Shown: positions 40,543-64,000 of the stretch, one piece after another
Layout: every line of letters starts with the position of its first letter
Numbering within the stretch: position 1 is the stretch's first letter
Assembly: GCA_020137815.1 (NCBI GenBank)
Contig: CM035360.1
Location: 7,440,001 to 7,504,000 of the forward strand
From: Hormiphora californensis
Taxonomy: Eukaryota > Animalia > Ctenophora
DNA: 64,000 bases
Reading direction: 5' to 3'
Position numbers and translations under genes: made by a program
Notes under the pieces: generated by a model
Databases searched by the model: none
The model's input: only the letters and a program-made list of their open reading frames with translations
What the model was told of the DNA's origin: nothing

Positions 40543-43500
40543 ATGCTTGCCAGAAGTGAACGGCAATGGCAGATCCTCGTTTCTGAGGTGAGTTCCATTT
40601 TAGGTTGGTGATGACATCCCCTATTACGTTATAATACACTCAGCCTGCTTCGCATGCTTCGTTTAGCCGCGCTGCGTGCGGCTAGTGTAGGGGTGGCTGC
40701 GTCACCAACATTTTAGGATAGTTCTGTAATCCACCTATCACCTTTTATTTCCATACTGATCAATGATGAAATGTTGTTGCAGTATAAATTGTGTCGACAG
40801 AAACTGACCAGTAAGCGGGACGCTCAGAAGATCCTGTTACAGACCATTGATACCAAGGAGAGCGAAAGAGATGCTTTGCAGTTGAAAATCAAGTCTCTCG
40901 TAAGTGGAATGTTATATCAGCTAGTTGACCATCACAGAGCACGCTCACAGTGTGAGTCACATAACTATTTAGGCGAATTTAATAATTCTGAATTCTACCA
41001 ACTTGTTTTAGGAGTGTGCTGCTACGGAACTTGTCTCAAAGTCACCCACCAGAACGGTATGTACTATGTATATTTGGTAGAATTGATACAACATTATTTT
41101 AAAAATTTCAAATAAAATCAAATGATATTTTAAATAAAATCAAACGTCAAATCTCAGTGAGATTCTTCTCCTCGTGAAGGTTTCTTGGAGAGAAACACTC
41201 CTCCGGATCCTCCTTGACCACATCTCCCTTAGCACCTCCTGCCACCTTCTCCCCTGCTTCCACCCTTTCCTCCAACTCCTTCACCCTCCTACCCAGTTCC
41301 TCCAATTCATCCTCCCCAGCCTCCTCTATTAACCGCATCAAGACATCTACCTCATCCCCTACCTTCCCAGTCTCCTCCTTCACCTGCTGCCCTTCCTCCT
41401 CCTGCTGCCCCTCCTGCTGCCCCTCCTCGTCCCCCTGACCCTCCTCCGTCCCCTGCTCCCCTGCCTCCTCATGACCCTCCAATTTTTCCTTCTCCTCTTC
41501 TACCTGCTCCTCTACCGTCTCTTCCTCCCTCGCAGACCTACCCTCCTCAATCTCCGTATTTTTCTCCTCTCGTAGAGGTTCTTCCTTCAACCACCACCAG
41601 CAGAGCACTGCAGCAGCTCCGGCTGCTATTGTGCAACTTGTCAGTGCGACTCTTGAAACAGAAGAAAACATGGTAAAATAATAATTGCACGTGCAGATGG
41701 TGAATGAGTATCGAGCTTCCCTTATATACCCCCAAGAGGGCCCTAGAGTTGCACGTGCAAACTTACTTAGTTACCAAGCACCATGGGGGATATTCAACCC
41801 GGTCTATTTGGTTACTTGTTGTTGTTTGTGCCTCCCACTTCCAAATTCGGAGAGAGGTTCATTTCATTTTTAGTCGTACTTACCCTATGGTTTATTGAAC
41901 CAGTACATATTTGGTTATTGCAAAATACATTGTTTTGAATCAAGGCGACCAAAATTAGGAACATTTGAAAATAGTGCGTTTGTGAAGCGGTGACTCTAGG
42001 GGGGATATGGTCTAGTAGGAAGTATTAATTAAGGCCTGGGCCCTGGGCCTGAACACAATTTGTGTGATCCCAGACGGTTCACGTTCAAAGTAGGCTTAGC
42101 CTAGGCAGTAGGCTCCACCACTTTTGTTAGATTAGCCAGTGTGTTTTTAGCATATTTTAGTACTACTCTAATAAAGCGGATTATCAAATGTTTTGTGATA
42201 ATAATATCAGTCACAACTCACAAACAACGGACCAAAACAAAACTTACGGAGACACTGGGTTGTTGAAACTCATTATATAACTCTCCCTTTTCAGAACCTT
42301 GAAAAGTTTGGAATTCCCCCTGATGTAACGGACGGTGGTCGGTCCGCTATTCAGGTAACTCGTTATTATTGGCAAAGAGAACCAACGTGTGACTCAAGGT
42401 TCAAAAACCATTCAATACATTATACTGCTAATAGCAGCAGTTACTTGGTATTCGATTACTGACTATATCTTGATGCCACAACTTGATCGACACTCTCTCA
42501 CCATGGGTAATGGAGGGTTAGAACATAACAAGCCCCTTTTTCAGGCATTACATTATAACTCATAGGGTAGGTGCTTTGTGTTCTTCATGTAACATGTGTG
42601 CTGTGATGTGAGATGGACAGTACAAAAAGAGATGAATTCCGTATAATAATACATAGCTGCATTATATTTGGGGCCATCATATTACAATATCAGTTCGTCT
42701 GTTCTGCAGTTTTACTCAATGCTCGTTTTTGTGTGGATGAGCCAAACAATGAAAGACACGTAAACCTTCATACATTGTGTGTACAATGTACATTGTGTGT
42801 CCATTGTGTGCAGTACATGTGTGTGTGTGTTGCTTCTCTCACAACATGCTGAGTGTGGTGTATAGTGTCCAATTTAAAGGGACACCCAATGTCCAATTTA
42901 AAGGGATACCCAATGTTATTCATTTTAGGGACACCGCTTCCAAATATATTCCCTCTTCTCCAGGGGTTAGTGTTACTCTACAGCAGAGTTTCCCGGGAGT
43001 TAGATGATAAGAGCCGGCTGCTGAAACACGCCCAGTCCGAGAACAAAGACCTTACCCGAGACCTAAAGGTGAGTTGTTAATTAGAGATCTGAGAAAACAT
43101 GAGTCCTCCCTGTGTTCCCCCAGGAAACCACTACAACTCAGAAATGATTCGGGAGTTAGGAGTTTGTTTTACTTTTTAAATGTTAGGGCACGAGCAGTTT
43201 TTACCTTTGTAGCAGTAAGCCATTATATATTATGTAGAGTCTAGTTACCTACACATAGAAGTGATATGAAGTGCTGTGTGTAGCTATATGTGTAAACTAG
43301 TGTAAGAGAATTGAGGTCAAGTATAACAGTAGATAGTATATTGTTTTGCTATCTTCTTTTTCTCACTCTTTCTCACTCTCTCTTCTTTCTCTTTCTTTAT
43401 CTCTCTCTCTCTCATCCTTCGTCTCTCTCAACTACCCTTCTCCTCGGAAGCTCTCTCTCTCACCCTACTTGTCATCTCCGTCTCTCCTCTCATTTTCCTC

Positions 43501-46500
43501 TCTCTCTCAATCTCCTCCTCAAAGAACTCTCAGCTCTCTCTCTCCTTCTCACTCTCCTTCCTCTCTTCATCTCTCTCGCTCTCATCTCTCAGCTCATCCT
43601 CGTCTCCTGTCGGCTCGTCTCTCTCTCAGTCTCTCTCTCTCTCTCCTCTCGTCTCTCTCTCTCCTCTCTCTGCCTCGTCTCTCCTCTCTCTCTAGTTCTC
43701 TCTCTCTCTCTCTCCTCTCCGCTCTTCTCTCCTCCTCTCTCTCGCCTCTCTCGCTCTCGTCTCTCGTCTCTCTCGTCCGTCGTTCCTCTCTCGTCTCTTT
43801 CTCTTCCTCTTTGTCTCTCTCGCCTTTCTCTTCTTTCACTCTTTCTTCCTCACTAACCATGTCCATCTGGTAGTTGGTTTTGTCCCTGGTGCTCTTCCAA
43901 CCGGCGTGATTTTTGTCTGTTTTCAATCCTCCCGTAATTACATTTTTCTTCCTTTTCGGCCTAAATATTCAATACTGGTTTATTGGTCACACCCTGAACA
44001 CTGCCCTTCTCCCGAAAACCCAACTCTTTGTACTATTTTTCCCTTTTAAAAATTTAGGAAAGATTAGCATTTTCTGAATTACTTTTCTTTTCCTCTCTTT
44101 TTTTTTCTTTTAATTTTCCTTTAAATCTGTCATCTTTCCCTCCTTCTTTTCTCTTCTTCTTTTTCTCCTGTCTCTCTCTCTTCTGTCTTCCCTTGATGCT
44201 ACTCGCTTAGATCGTCTTCTCTCTCTCTCCTCTCTATCTTTTCCGGAAAGCGAGAATGAGCTTTCTCCTCTGCTCCTCGTCGTCTCCTCTCCTCCCCTTC
44301 CTTTCTCTTTTTCCTCTCTCACCTCCATTTTCCTTCTCTTGCTTGTCTCTACTTCCCCGTAGTCTCAGTCCCCCCTGCTTATCCGCCAGTCCATGCCTCT
44401 CTCGTAAGGGATGGTCATTTCTGTTTATCGAGTCTGACTGAGTCTCGCCTGTTTCCGCTAAGCGCGTCAGGGCGACTTTTTACAATGTTGGGCACGAAGC
44501 CTCCTTTCTTGGGCATAGCTTTATTGAGTCTAGTTACCGTCACATGAATTAGAGTGTGTGGACTATTTTAATGTGTAAGAATTGAGTCAGTTAACAGTTT
44601 TATTGTTTTCTATCTCTTTTTTCTCACTAACCATGTCCTATCGTTGTCTTGTCTCCCAACTGCCTAATCAAACCGGCATACTTGGTTATGTATTCCCCAA
44701 GACGCTATCCAAATAAACGTGGGATTGATTTTCAGGCATGATTCTACGGTTCCTCAAAAATCCATTCCATTCGACTAAATCCAATGCTGTTGAAAGAGTA
44801 ATTCCCTGTACAACATGAAACGTGAGGTTCTTTCATAAGACTTAAATATGAGGAAATGGTTTTCTATTTCACTTTACAAATATAAATTATGTGCCTCGGC
44901 CCCCGTTGTCTTGCTCGACCCCCTCTCAGAGGGTTAGAACATATTATAACAAGCCCCCCTCCTCGAATCTTTCCTCTAACTCAACAATACCTACCAGGTT
45001 GAGAAACTGCAAAACATGATAAAGACATTATCGGAGAGCGAGCAGACGGAGAGGGGGTCTACACTGAGAGAGGAGGGAGGAGAGAGAGAGAGGAGAGGAG
45101 AAGCAGAGAGAGATAATGATGAGAGAGAGAGAGAGAGATGAGTCAGCTTAGATACGAGAGAAGACTTGAAAGGGCAAAAGAGAGTCTGGGGGAGAGAGAG
45201 ATTATGTGTTATTTCTCGAGTGAGTTTTAGACTTCGTACAGTGAGACCTTGTTGTGTGTGTGTGAAAGTTGATCCCAAGGATGGGGCAGGGAGGGGCATG
45301 TGAGATGGGATGGACGGAACGCGCAGGGTCAGTCTTGTAGTGCAGTCCGCGCAGATACAACACCGTGGGAATTATATGGCACTGCTGCAGCACTGGTTGT
45401 CTCGTATAAGACCGTCCTCTTCGCACCGGGCCGCACAGTCAGTGTTTCTTTGAGTTTTACACTCATGGCTGAGTTGAGAGCGAGCAAGTTGGGTTTATTT
45501 GTCCACACGGCAGTCCCATTATTGGGCGCCAGTCGCCACACCCTACATTCAATTCAAGTGATGTTCTTGCGTACTCCTCACATCTTGCACACAATACATA
45601 TCTCTTGTTGTTATACCCTCTACTCAAGTTCAAGTTCAATTATATTTTTACACAATACATAAAACGTGATGAAATTCCCATCGCGTGGGTCCTCCTTGTC
45701 AAATTGTTTATTTACAGTCCCTTACTTAACATAAAAACATAAACAGCATGAGCAGCAAAACAACATTTACAGCCTCACACAACGTTCTTTCTTCCTGCCT
45801 CTCTGAAATCATTTGGGACCGTCGTGTAGCCACGCACCGGTGGTCTGTCATGGAATTGCTTCATGAATGCACCCAAGTTAGCCTTTAACCCAGGAAGGGT
45901 GCCTGAAAGAGTAACCTCTCGAGGGAGTCTGTTCCATAGTTGAGGTGCCCTGAAGCTGAACGAGTTGTACAACTGACCTGCCCATTTGGAATCTGCCCAG
46001 TAAGGGTATTTCTGTGTCTTTGCCTGGACTCCTAACCGGCCAATCTGGAACTCCATTTGCACACAGTTGGGTACTAGCCCGTGATAGATTTTCCAAACGT
46101 GTATCATCTCATATCGTTGACGTCTTCTCTGGAGGGACATGAGATCCAGCGCCTCTAGACGCTGCCAATAGTCCAGCTCCTTCATCCCTTGGATCTTCCG
46201 GGTAAATGCCCGTTGGACGTTCTCTACTGCCTGGATGTCAGCGATTTTCGTTGGACACCACACCAAACAGCAGTATTCCAAAATGGGTCGAACCAACGCC
46301 TTATATAGGGTTAGTAGTACCTCACGGGATCTACTCCTGAATGCACAGAATATCCATCCTGCCATCATGTTAGCTCTCCTCACAATGTCACCAATGTGAT
46401 GCGTCCACGTACCATCCGCCGATAGCCAAACGCCCAAATCTTTCACATGCTGCTCTGGCTCCACCACAGTTCCTCCCGAAGTAACATAGGATAAGGTTTC

Positions 46501-47642
46501 TGCAGCGAAAGGCAGCTCTCTCAGGAGTTTAGATCTGCCTAGCGAGTAGTTTACCAGTTGAAATTTTTCCTCGTGAAGTCTCATATTATTAGTCAGAGAC
46601 CACTGACTCACATTTCCCAAGTCCTTCTGGAGTTCTGCCTGGTCTAGCAATGTCCGTATTACCTGTATGAGCTTCGTGTCGTCTGCAAACGACAAAGCGT
46701 CAGCACTTGACAAAGACTCCTTCAAGTCGATTACGTAAAAGATGAACAAAAACTCTGTGAAGCATTTATAGTAGGGGCAATAAAACACAAATTCAAGGAG
46801 TATCTACAAATCTCCTAACAAACCCCCCCCCCTTTCAGAGAGAGTTCTACAAACAAAAACTCAAGTCAATGACTGAACAACTGACAGAGAAAAACGAGTG
46901 TCAACCTATTGCTGATATTGAAAAGTTGTTGGAGGAAAACAGGATTCTGCGAGATAAAGTTGACCGATTACAGCACATCAATGCAGCCCTTGTGGCCCAC
47001 ACCCCTAAACTGGACCAACACCGGACACCAACCCTTCACACTCGTAGCTACCCAGGACCTAGTGCGATCAAGAAACGAAAAAGCAAGTTCAGGGGCAAAC
47101 ACGTTACTTTTGAAGGGGAGGAATCAGGTCGGGGGAGCAGTTTCCTAAAGAGTGTTAAAGAGAAAGTGAGCGTTGAGGGTGAGATCCACAATTTACAACA
47201 GCTAATATTGGATATGCAAAAAGTTAGTAACGGTCTTGCTGAGACTGTCCTTGATAAAAACATTGCTTTAAAACATCAGCGAGCATCTAATCGATTGTTG
47301 GGCGAACGTGTTACTGAGCTGGAGGGAAAACTTCGAGCACTTGAAATGTCAGGATTCTGGAATGTACCGGATGATGTTCTCTCAACAGATAACCCAGCTA
47401 GAGAGAGTGCACTGAAGAGGCTAACACTGGGAGAGCAGGTTCAGGAGAGAGAAGGGGGTGGGAGTGAGAGGGAGGAGGAAGATGGGGATACTGAGGTGAC
47501 AGCGTTGTTGTTGGATACGGAGGGGTGGCAAGTAGTGAGGGGTAATGAGGAGGAGGAATGTAATGAGACGAGTGGGTTGTTGAAATCAGGGCCGGCCAGT
47601 GAGGATCTGTGTGATTTGCTGCCGGTCAAAGAAGCCTGGTGA
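40543..47642 (+). CDS. CCDC149: Coiled-coil domain-containing protein 149; exons ~40543-40587, 40783-40899, 42295-42354, 42964-43068, ~44998-45245 (noisy), 46840-47642
   Basis: RSERQWQILVSE/YKLCRQKLTSKRDAQKILL; LERAKE; LAETVLDKNIALKHQRASNRLLGERVTELEGKLRALEMSGFWNVP match CCDC149 conserved blocks. Confidence 0.85.
41147..41671 (-). CDS. Nested antisense single-exon ORF, 174 aa: N-terminal membrane anchor + Glu-rich/coiled-coil region
   Basis: MFSSVSRVALTSCTIAAGAAAVLCWWWLKEE then acidic sequence; coding-like composition distinct from the AT-rich flanks; lies in CCDC149 intron 2. Confidence 0.65.
   Translation of the reverse strand: MFSSVSRVALTSCTIAAGAAAVLCWWWLKEEPLREEKNTEIEEGRSAREEETVEEQVEEEKEKLEGHEEAGEQGTEEGQGDEEGQQEGQQEEEGQQVKEETGKVGDEVDVLMRLIEEAGEDELEELGRRVKELEERVEAGEKVAGGAKGDVVKEDPEECFSPRNLHEEKNLTEI
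45625..46752 (-). mobile_element. 5'-truncated CR1 fragment of a second family in a CCDC149 intron
   Basis: RT C-terminal half with FADD, DLGV, LVRPILEY, DRPPVRGY; (TTGAAC)n tail at ~45625-45639. Confidence 0.9.
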
Positions 47643-48437
47643 GACTGAACGGCAGTAGGCAAGTGAGTGGAACAGTGGAACACTTTCAGTTGGACTTGTC
47701 TTTCATATCTGAAACCGTAGCAAAGTTGCCAAGTTTAGGATAGGCTTTAGAGATAGATTTTAGAAATTGAGGGGAGTGGGATATTAATACGACTTAGTTT
47801 ATTGTTTTCTGTTTTCTGTTTTGAAATTAAAGAATCAGATAATGATAGTGATAATGATTATGATATGACGTGTGCTGGTGCACCATGGTGACAGTTGAGT
47901 TTGTCTAGTTTGTAAATTGTAATTTCTTTTTAGGCTGCAGGCGGTCTAGACCCATATAATAGTGTCTTTCAGCAATCTAAATTAATCCATTTAATCATAG
48001 TTTGTGAATAAATATCATCACAGGCATTTTGAAGATGCTGATCCGGAAAGTCAATATTTTTAAGCGCGGCGTCGAATTTGCGCGTGACAATACGACGCCG
48101 CGCACACAAATAAAAATATTCTTTTTTCGCGAAAAAAAAGCAAATTTCGTGCGTCTTGGACGTCGTGTCGTCGTGGCCTGGACCGCACTGTGGGTGGAGC
48201 TGTGAGGGTGGCAAATATGGAGCACCACTGTCATATGTCACAGTGACAGCAAGCACTACTCCACCTGAAATAAAGAAACTATGTATTACTCATCAAAATA
48301 ATAAAATATTAAAAGTTTTCCTAATTTCTGTTGAGATGAATTATAGCTCCGACATTAATCAACTTATCATAGAATAAAACGTGGATATTTTATTGGTCAT
48401 ATTATTATCGCAGTTTAACATTTCCACAAAAAAGGTC

Positions 48438-59314
<10,877 letters not shown>

Positions 59315-59672
59315 GACGGCCAAATACAGACTTGAAGCCGAAAATTTCTGTTGGTGCTTTGAATTTGAGCGTGATGCATATTGAAATATGAATATTTTGT
59401 AAACAAATAATTATTGATTTCCGTAAAGAGTACAAGCGCCGATATTTCGAAATATTTCCTGACATTTTTTGTATTCCAAAGATTTTTTAGTGATTTGATT
59501 TAACCAACGTTTACTTCATTTCTTCCCCTTCCAATATTACCCCAGGCATCCCCTATTAGTGCCTAAACTATTCGGGATGTCTTGGGCCTGGCATGGTAAC
59601 TTAAAACACAAGATATACAGTTAAAAACATATTAAATCTCACACATCACCATTAAAAATACCCTAGCTGATC

Positions 59673-61613
59673 TCAGTTTTTCAAGCGACTTCTGTAAACA
59701 AGCTCTAACAAATGAGAGTCCTTAGGGAGAGAGATAAGTTGATCGTAGGAGAGAGAATCAGGATCCGTGTCCTGGTCTCTCAGTTCTTGCCGCTGCTCCT
59801 CTGTCACTGCTTTATCGTCTCTCGCTTCTGAGGGACGTAATTTGTTAGAATTCGGAGAGCTTGTTATAGAGGAGTTATCAGTTTATGGCCGCATGAAAGA
59901 TCTGAGAGAGAATTAGGACTTGAGAATAGGACCCAGTGTGCCCAGGGTACCCCAAATGGGGAGAATCCAGGAGTGTTTCAGTTAAAAACTCACCAAGATG
60001 TTGAGCGAAGGGAAGGCATCGTGTATTCATGGCGAGGCACTGGAAGTTATCACGGGCCCGAGGTGCTAGCACATTCTCGTAGGTACCATGGTATCCCCTC
60101 TTTGATCCTGTGAGGAGATATGAAACTGAAACTTTCAAGAAAAGGTGCGATGGCGATGGCAATATTTTAAGAGAGGCAGTACGACCAAGTTACTTAGTAG
60201 GTATGAATCAAAATATCGGGAAAGGCCCGAGCCCCTATCATGATCACACATAAACCCCCAGCTCTCACCTTGTACACAGAAGCTCTGTACGGCCTTGTTA
60301 AGTTGTTGGAACTCAGCCAATTCCTCCATGATCCCCTCCTCACTCCCAACCTCCCTCCAGAATGTAGCATTGAAGTGATCGTATAACGCCTGATCAATGT
60401 GCTGTATCTCCCCAATCCGTGCTAGGGTGTACGGCTCTTCGACTGTATCACGCTTTATCCGCTCCAGAGACTTTAAATAGAGGATGTCTTCAGTTTGGAG
60501 GCATAACCGTCTCTTTAGGAGAACTAGGGAGAGATCAAAATGCTCAGTGATCAGAACTAAATCCCACTTTTTATCAGCAGCCGAGATGAAGTCACTCAGG
60601 TAGTCCTCTCGCTTCAAAGATTTCACATATCCCTCCATCTTAAACCCCATATCAATAGCATTTGAGTTAACCAGGTTCTGACAGTTTTTACAGAACCAAG
60701 TTTTAGTTAGGTATTCTGAGTGGGTCCTCAGGAACTCCTTGATGCTCTCTTCAAATGTGTTCGCGGGGTAGTGCTTGGTTTTATTGAAGAAGCTGTATGC
60801 TGAGATAAACTGGGACACCGGTGATCGGAGGATGGTGAATCTGATAGGATTACCCCGGATATGAGCCGTTAGAAAGTCATCATTGTACATGGCATGCTGT
60901 GAGAAAATGTCCCCCACTAGGCGACCCTCCATGAGTTTGAAGTCTGCCAGACTCCGGTACTCAGTGGAGGATGGATAGGAGTAGAGGAGCTGGTCAAGTC
61001 CTGCTGTTTCACCGTACCTAATGGGAGGGAAGGAGGGTTTAGGGGTCGGCTCAATGCTCATTGTAAACGATTTTTTAACCGATTTCTTGATCGCCATAAC
61101 CAATAACTTGGTTCGTTCGAACAATAAAATACACTACTGGGGGGTATTATAAACCCACCTCAAGAGGATATTTGTGATGGTACTGCTTCCAGTTTTATGT
61201 GTTTTGGTAAAGATAATACTCCTCTTTTCACACCGGTCTCCCCTCCTCTCTCTGGAGGCTGGTAACAATGGCAGTGCTTCAACTGTTGCATCAAAACCTG
61301 CCTTTCCTAACTCGACATTACTGGGCTTGTTTAGTGATAGCTGATGTTCTGTTGTAGGGGAGATGGGGTGCTAGGGAGGTATCCAATTGTAGGGGCTGGT
61401 ATTCAAATGGTCAGATTGAAGCGAAATTATCTCTCCCAAAACTCCAGTTTTACAAAACTAACTTGGTTGGTTGTTGAGCTCTCTGCAGTCAGCAATGTGC
61501 TCCCTGACCAGGTAAAGGATGAGGGTGGTGAGGGTGATGAGGACGGCACAGTAGGTGAGACACTTTATCCGGCGGAGCACCAGGAGGATCTGGTGGAGTG
61601 TCCGCTCGTACAT
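59673..61613 (-). CDS. Galactose-3-O-sulfotransferase family (GAL3ST-like) type II Golgi membrane protein, ~5 exons
   Basis: N-terminal TM (CLTYCAVLITLTTLILYLV); 5'-PSB IFTKTHKTGSSTITNILLR; 3'-PB ILRSPVSQFISAYSFF; DLVLITEHFDLSLVLLKRRLC; IDQALYDHFNATFW. Confidence 0.88.
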
Positions 61614-62200
61614 CCTGTGGAGGAGGAGAGGAGAGGGTTAGGAAAGGAATCCTGTGGAGGGGAGAGGAGAGGGGGTTAGGAGAGGAATCCTGTGGAGGGG
61701 AGAGGAGAGGGGGTAAGGAGAGGAATCCTGTGAAGAGGAGAGGAGAGGGGGTTAGGAGAGGAATCCTGTGAAAAGGAGAGGAGAGGGGGTTAGGAAAGGA
61801 ATCCTGTGGAGGGGAGAGGAGGGGGTTAGGAAAGGAATCCTGCGGAGGGGAGAGGAGAGGGGTTAGTTAGGGGGTTAGGAGAGGAGAGGGGTTAGGAGAG
61901 GAATCCTGTGGAGGGGAGAGGAGAGGGGGTTAGGAGAGGAATCCTGTGGAGGGGAGAGGAGAGGGGGTTAGGAGAGGAGAGGGGGTTAGGAGAGGAATCC
62001 TGTGGAGGGGAGAGGAGAGGGGGTTAGGAGAGGAATCCTGTGGAGGGGAGAGGAGAGGGGGTAAGGAGAGGAATCCTGTGGAGGGGAGAGGAGAGGGGGT
62101 AAGGAGAGGAATCCTGTGGAGGGGAGAGGAGAGGGGGTTAGGAGAGGAATCCTGTGGAGGGGAGAGGAGAGGGGGTTAGGAGAGGAATCCTGTGAAGAGT
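61612..62200 (-). repeat. 38-bp minisatellite (~15 copies) whose minus-strand unit is a complete 3' splice site
   Basis: Minus unit TCCTCTC-CTAAC-CCCCTCTCCTCTCCCCTCCA-CAG-GAT. Confidence 0.92.
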
Positions 62201-64000
62201 AGAGGGGAGGGGTTAGTTAGGGGGTTAGGAGAGGAGAGGGTTAGTGGATCTTGAAGTAGGGGAGGGAATGGGGTTAGTTAGGGGAGACGGAGGGCCTAGG
62301 GGGTTAGTGAATCCTGGGGAGACGGAGGGGGTTAGTGAATCTTGAAGTAGGGGGAGAGAGGTTAGTTTGAGGGAGACTAAGGTGTAAGGGTAATGTGTGG
62401 TATAATAGTAGGGGAGGAGAGATGAAAATAGGGGGATAGAGAGAGGAAAGGAGAAGTTAAAGAATCCTGAGTAGGGGAGGAGAAAGTCGAAGAAGAGGGA
62501 GACACTAAAATATACAGAAAGAGAGATTTACAGATGTATTTGATAAAAAGAGATTTAAAAAAAGAACTATGATGAGAAATTCAGTATGCAATACCTTATT
62601 CCTAGGTTCACCGACAAACAACCACTTTCAGAAGGACCACTTTCAGAAGGACCAAACAAAGGGAAAGTGTTCTTACAGGGTCTGATATATGAGGGCCCTT
62701 GTCTAGACTATCTGGTATCCAAGCAAGCAGAGTTAGATCACTCAGATGTAACAGATCTAAGAAAGACAAATAAAAGCTGGGACTTTGGCTGCACAACTTA
62801 GAGTGGAACTGGAAGAGCCCTGAAATTGGATCAACTGCATATCTCTCTTTCCCTTTCTCTCCCACTGTCTCTCCCTCCCACTATTTCTCTCCAACTCTCT
62901 CTCCCATTCTCTCTCTCACACACTATCTCTCTCTCCAACTCCCTCCCACTGTCTCTACCACTCTCTCTAACTCTCCGATTATTGGATTACTGATCCCCAC
63001 CACTGGATATAGACAAGGAAAGCGAGGGTGTCAAGGGCCAAAGGGAGCCACCACTGCAGGCGCCGGGACAGACAGCAGAGGGGTTAGAGAGAAGGAAAGA
63101 GAGATCAGATCAACGTTGAAAGATAGTTGAAAGAAGATCCGAGTAACAAATTTAATGACGTGATCTAGGACAGGACAGAGGACGCTAGAGTCTGTAGCTG
63201 CAGAGCCACTGCACTGTAATGACAATATTGAATAGCTGGAATATATTTGGTCCTGATGCAAGATGTTGAACTGTGAGGAAATAGGCACGATAAAAAATGA
63301 ATTAATTAAGCTCCCTTTTTTTACCAATTTTCCCCGGGGGTACAAAGGACATTGCGCCCCCCCCCCCCAAAAGGGGGTAAAAAGAGGGGAAGAAGGAAAA
63401 AAAAAAGGGGAAAAAAGGGAAGGGGGGGAAGTAAGGAAAAAGAAAAAGAAGAGAGAAAGGGGGAAAAAAGGGGGGGGAAAGGAAAAAGTTTTGGGGTTTT
63501 TTGGGTTTCCCAAATTTGGGGGACTGTAAAATCAAAAAGAAGTTCCCCGCCGGGGCCAAAACCGGTTCCCCCGGAACACCCCCCCCCTTTTCTGTGGGTT
63601 TTGAAAAAATAGGTTTTTTCGGAAAAAAAGGGTTTCTAAAATAAAAAAGCAAATAATAAACAAAACCCCACAAAATTTTTTAAAATGGGTCTTTTTTTTT
63701 AAAAGGTTTTCTTTTTACAAATTTTGGGGAAAAAATAAGTTTTTGGATTTTTGGGAAAAAACAATTTTTCTTAAAAAAATTAAAAATGTGAAAAAAATTT
63801 TTTTTGGGTAAAAAAAAACAAAAAAAACTTTTTTTTTTTTTATAAAAAATTTTAATGGGGTTAAAAAATAAAAAAAATTGAAAAAAAGGGTTTAAAAAAA
63901 TTTTTTAAAAAAAACGGGGTTTAAATTTTTTTTTTGGGAAAAAATTTTTTGGGTTTGGGGCGGTTTTTTGGGGGGGGGAAAACACTTTTTTAGGGAAATT

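Noticed and set aside
40640-40686. GC hairpin ending in CTAGT, like a Helitron 3' end
   Set aside because: No 5' end identifiable, and a CCDC149 exon lies immediately upstream; at most a tiny remnant
43150-44640. Apparent diverged duplication (43150-43370 vs 44470-44630) around scrambled CT-rich sequence
   Set aside because: Indel-dominated differences look like unpolished long-read or gap-fill error rather than biology
45329-45541. 70-aa minus-strand ORF with coding-like composition in a CCDC149 intron
   Set aside because: No ATG start, splice partner or recognisable motif
61612-62200. Regular repeat considered as a CRISPR array
   Set aside because: Head-to-tail units without unique spacers, eukaryotic context and no cas genes
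62586-63290. Coding-like patches on the plus strand
   Set aside because: Frames interrupted by stops, no recognisable domain, adjacent to poor-quality sequence
63300-64000. Poly-A/T/G/C runs and associated ORFs
   Set aside because: Sequencing or assembly noise at a contig edge

Overview
Eukaryotic (animal) genomic DNA with spliceosomal introns, many (GA)n microsatellites and dense DNA-transposon content. The repeat families and compact gene layout resemble a cydippid ctenophore such as Pleurobrachia or Hormiphora; this is inferred from memory, not searched. Genes reconstructed by hand from splice phases: a signal-peptide/LDLa/GPI-like protein (+); a tight same-strand cluster ATP5F1D-IQCH-NME7-G-patch (-); COPS9 directly upstream of Rab10 (+); CCDC149 (+) hosting a nested antisense ORF; an Enigma-type PDZ-3xLIM gene (+) hosting a nested antisense C2HC zinc-finger gene; and a GAL3ST-like sulfotransferase (-). 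Mobile DNA includes a near-full-length CR1 LINE, a second CR1 fragment, a Penelope-like insertion with a minimal hammerhead core, and non-autonomous, often palindromic elements with Transib, piggyBac, Kolobok, Academ, Tc1/mariner, hAT and MULE/Merlin-like ends. The most striking observation is a 1.43-kb Transib/RAG-like element (2116-3547) with a 5-bp TSD. Both ends carry a perfect CACAGTG heptamer followed by a shared ACATAGG motif exactly 12 and 23 bp away, which is V(D)J 12/23-type architecture. Other highlights: candidate trans-spliced operons, a minisatellite of ~15 tandem 3' splice sites, and a DNA transposon carrying a tRNA-Val-like Pol III unit. Stretches ~43360-44640, ~55760-56270 and ~63300-64000 look like low-quality sequence.
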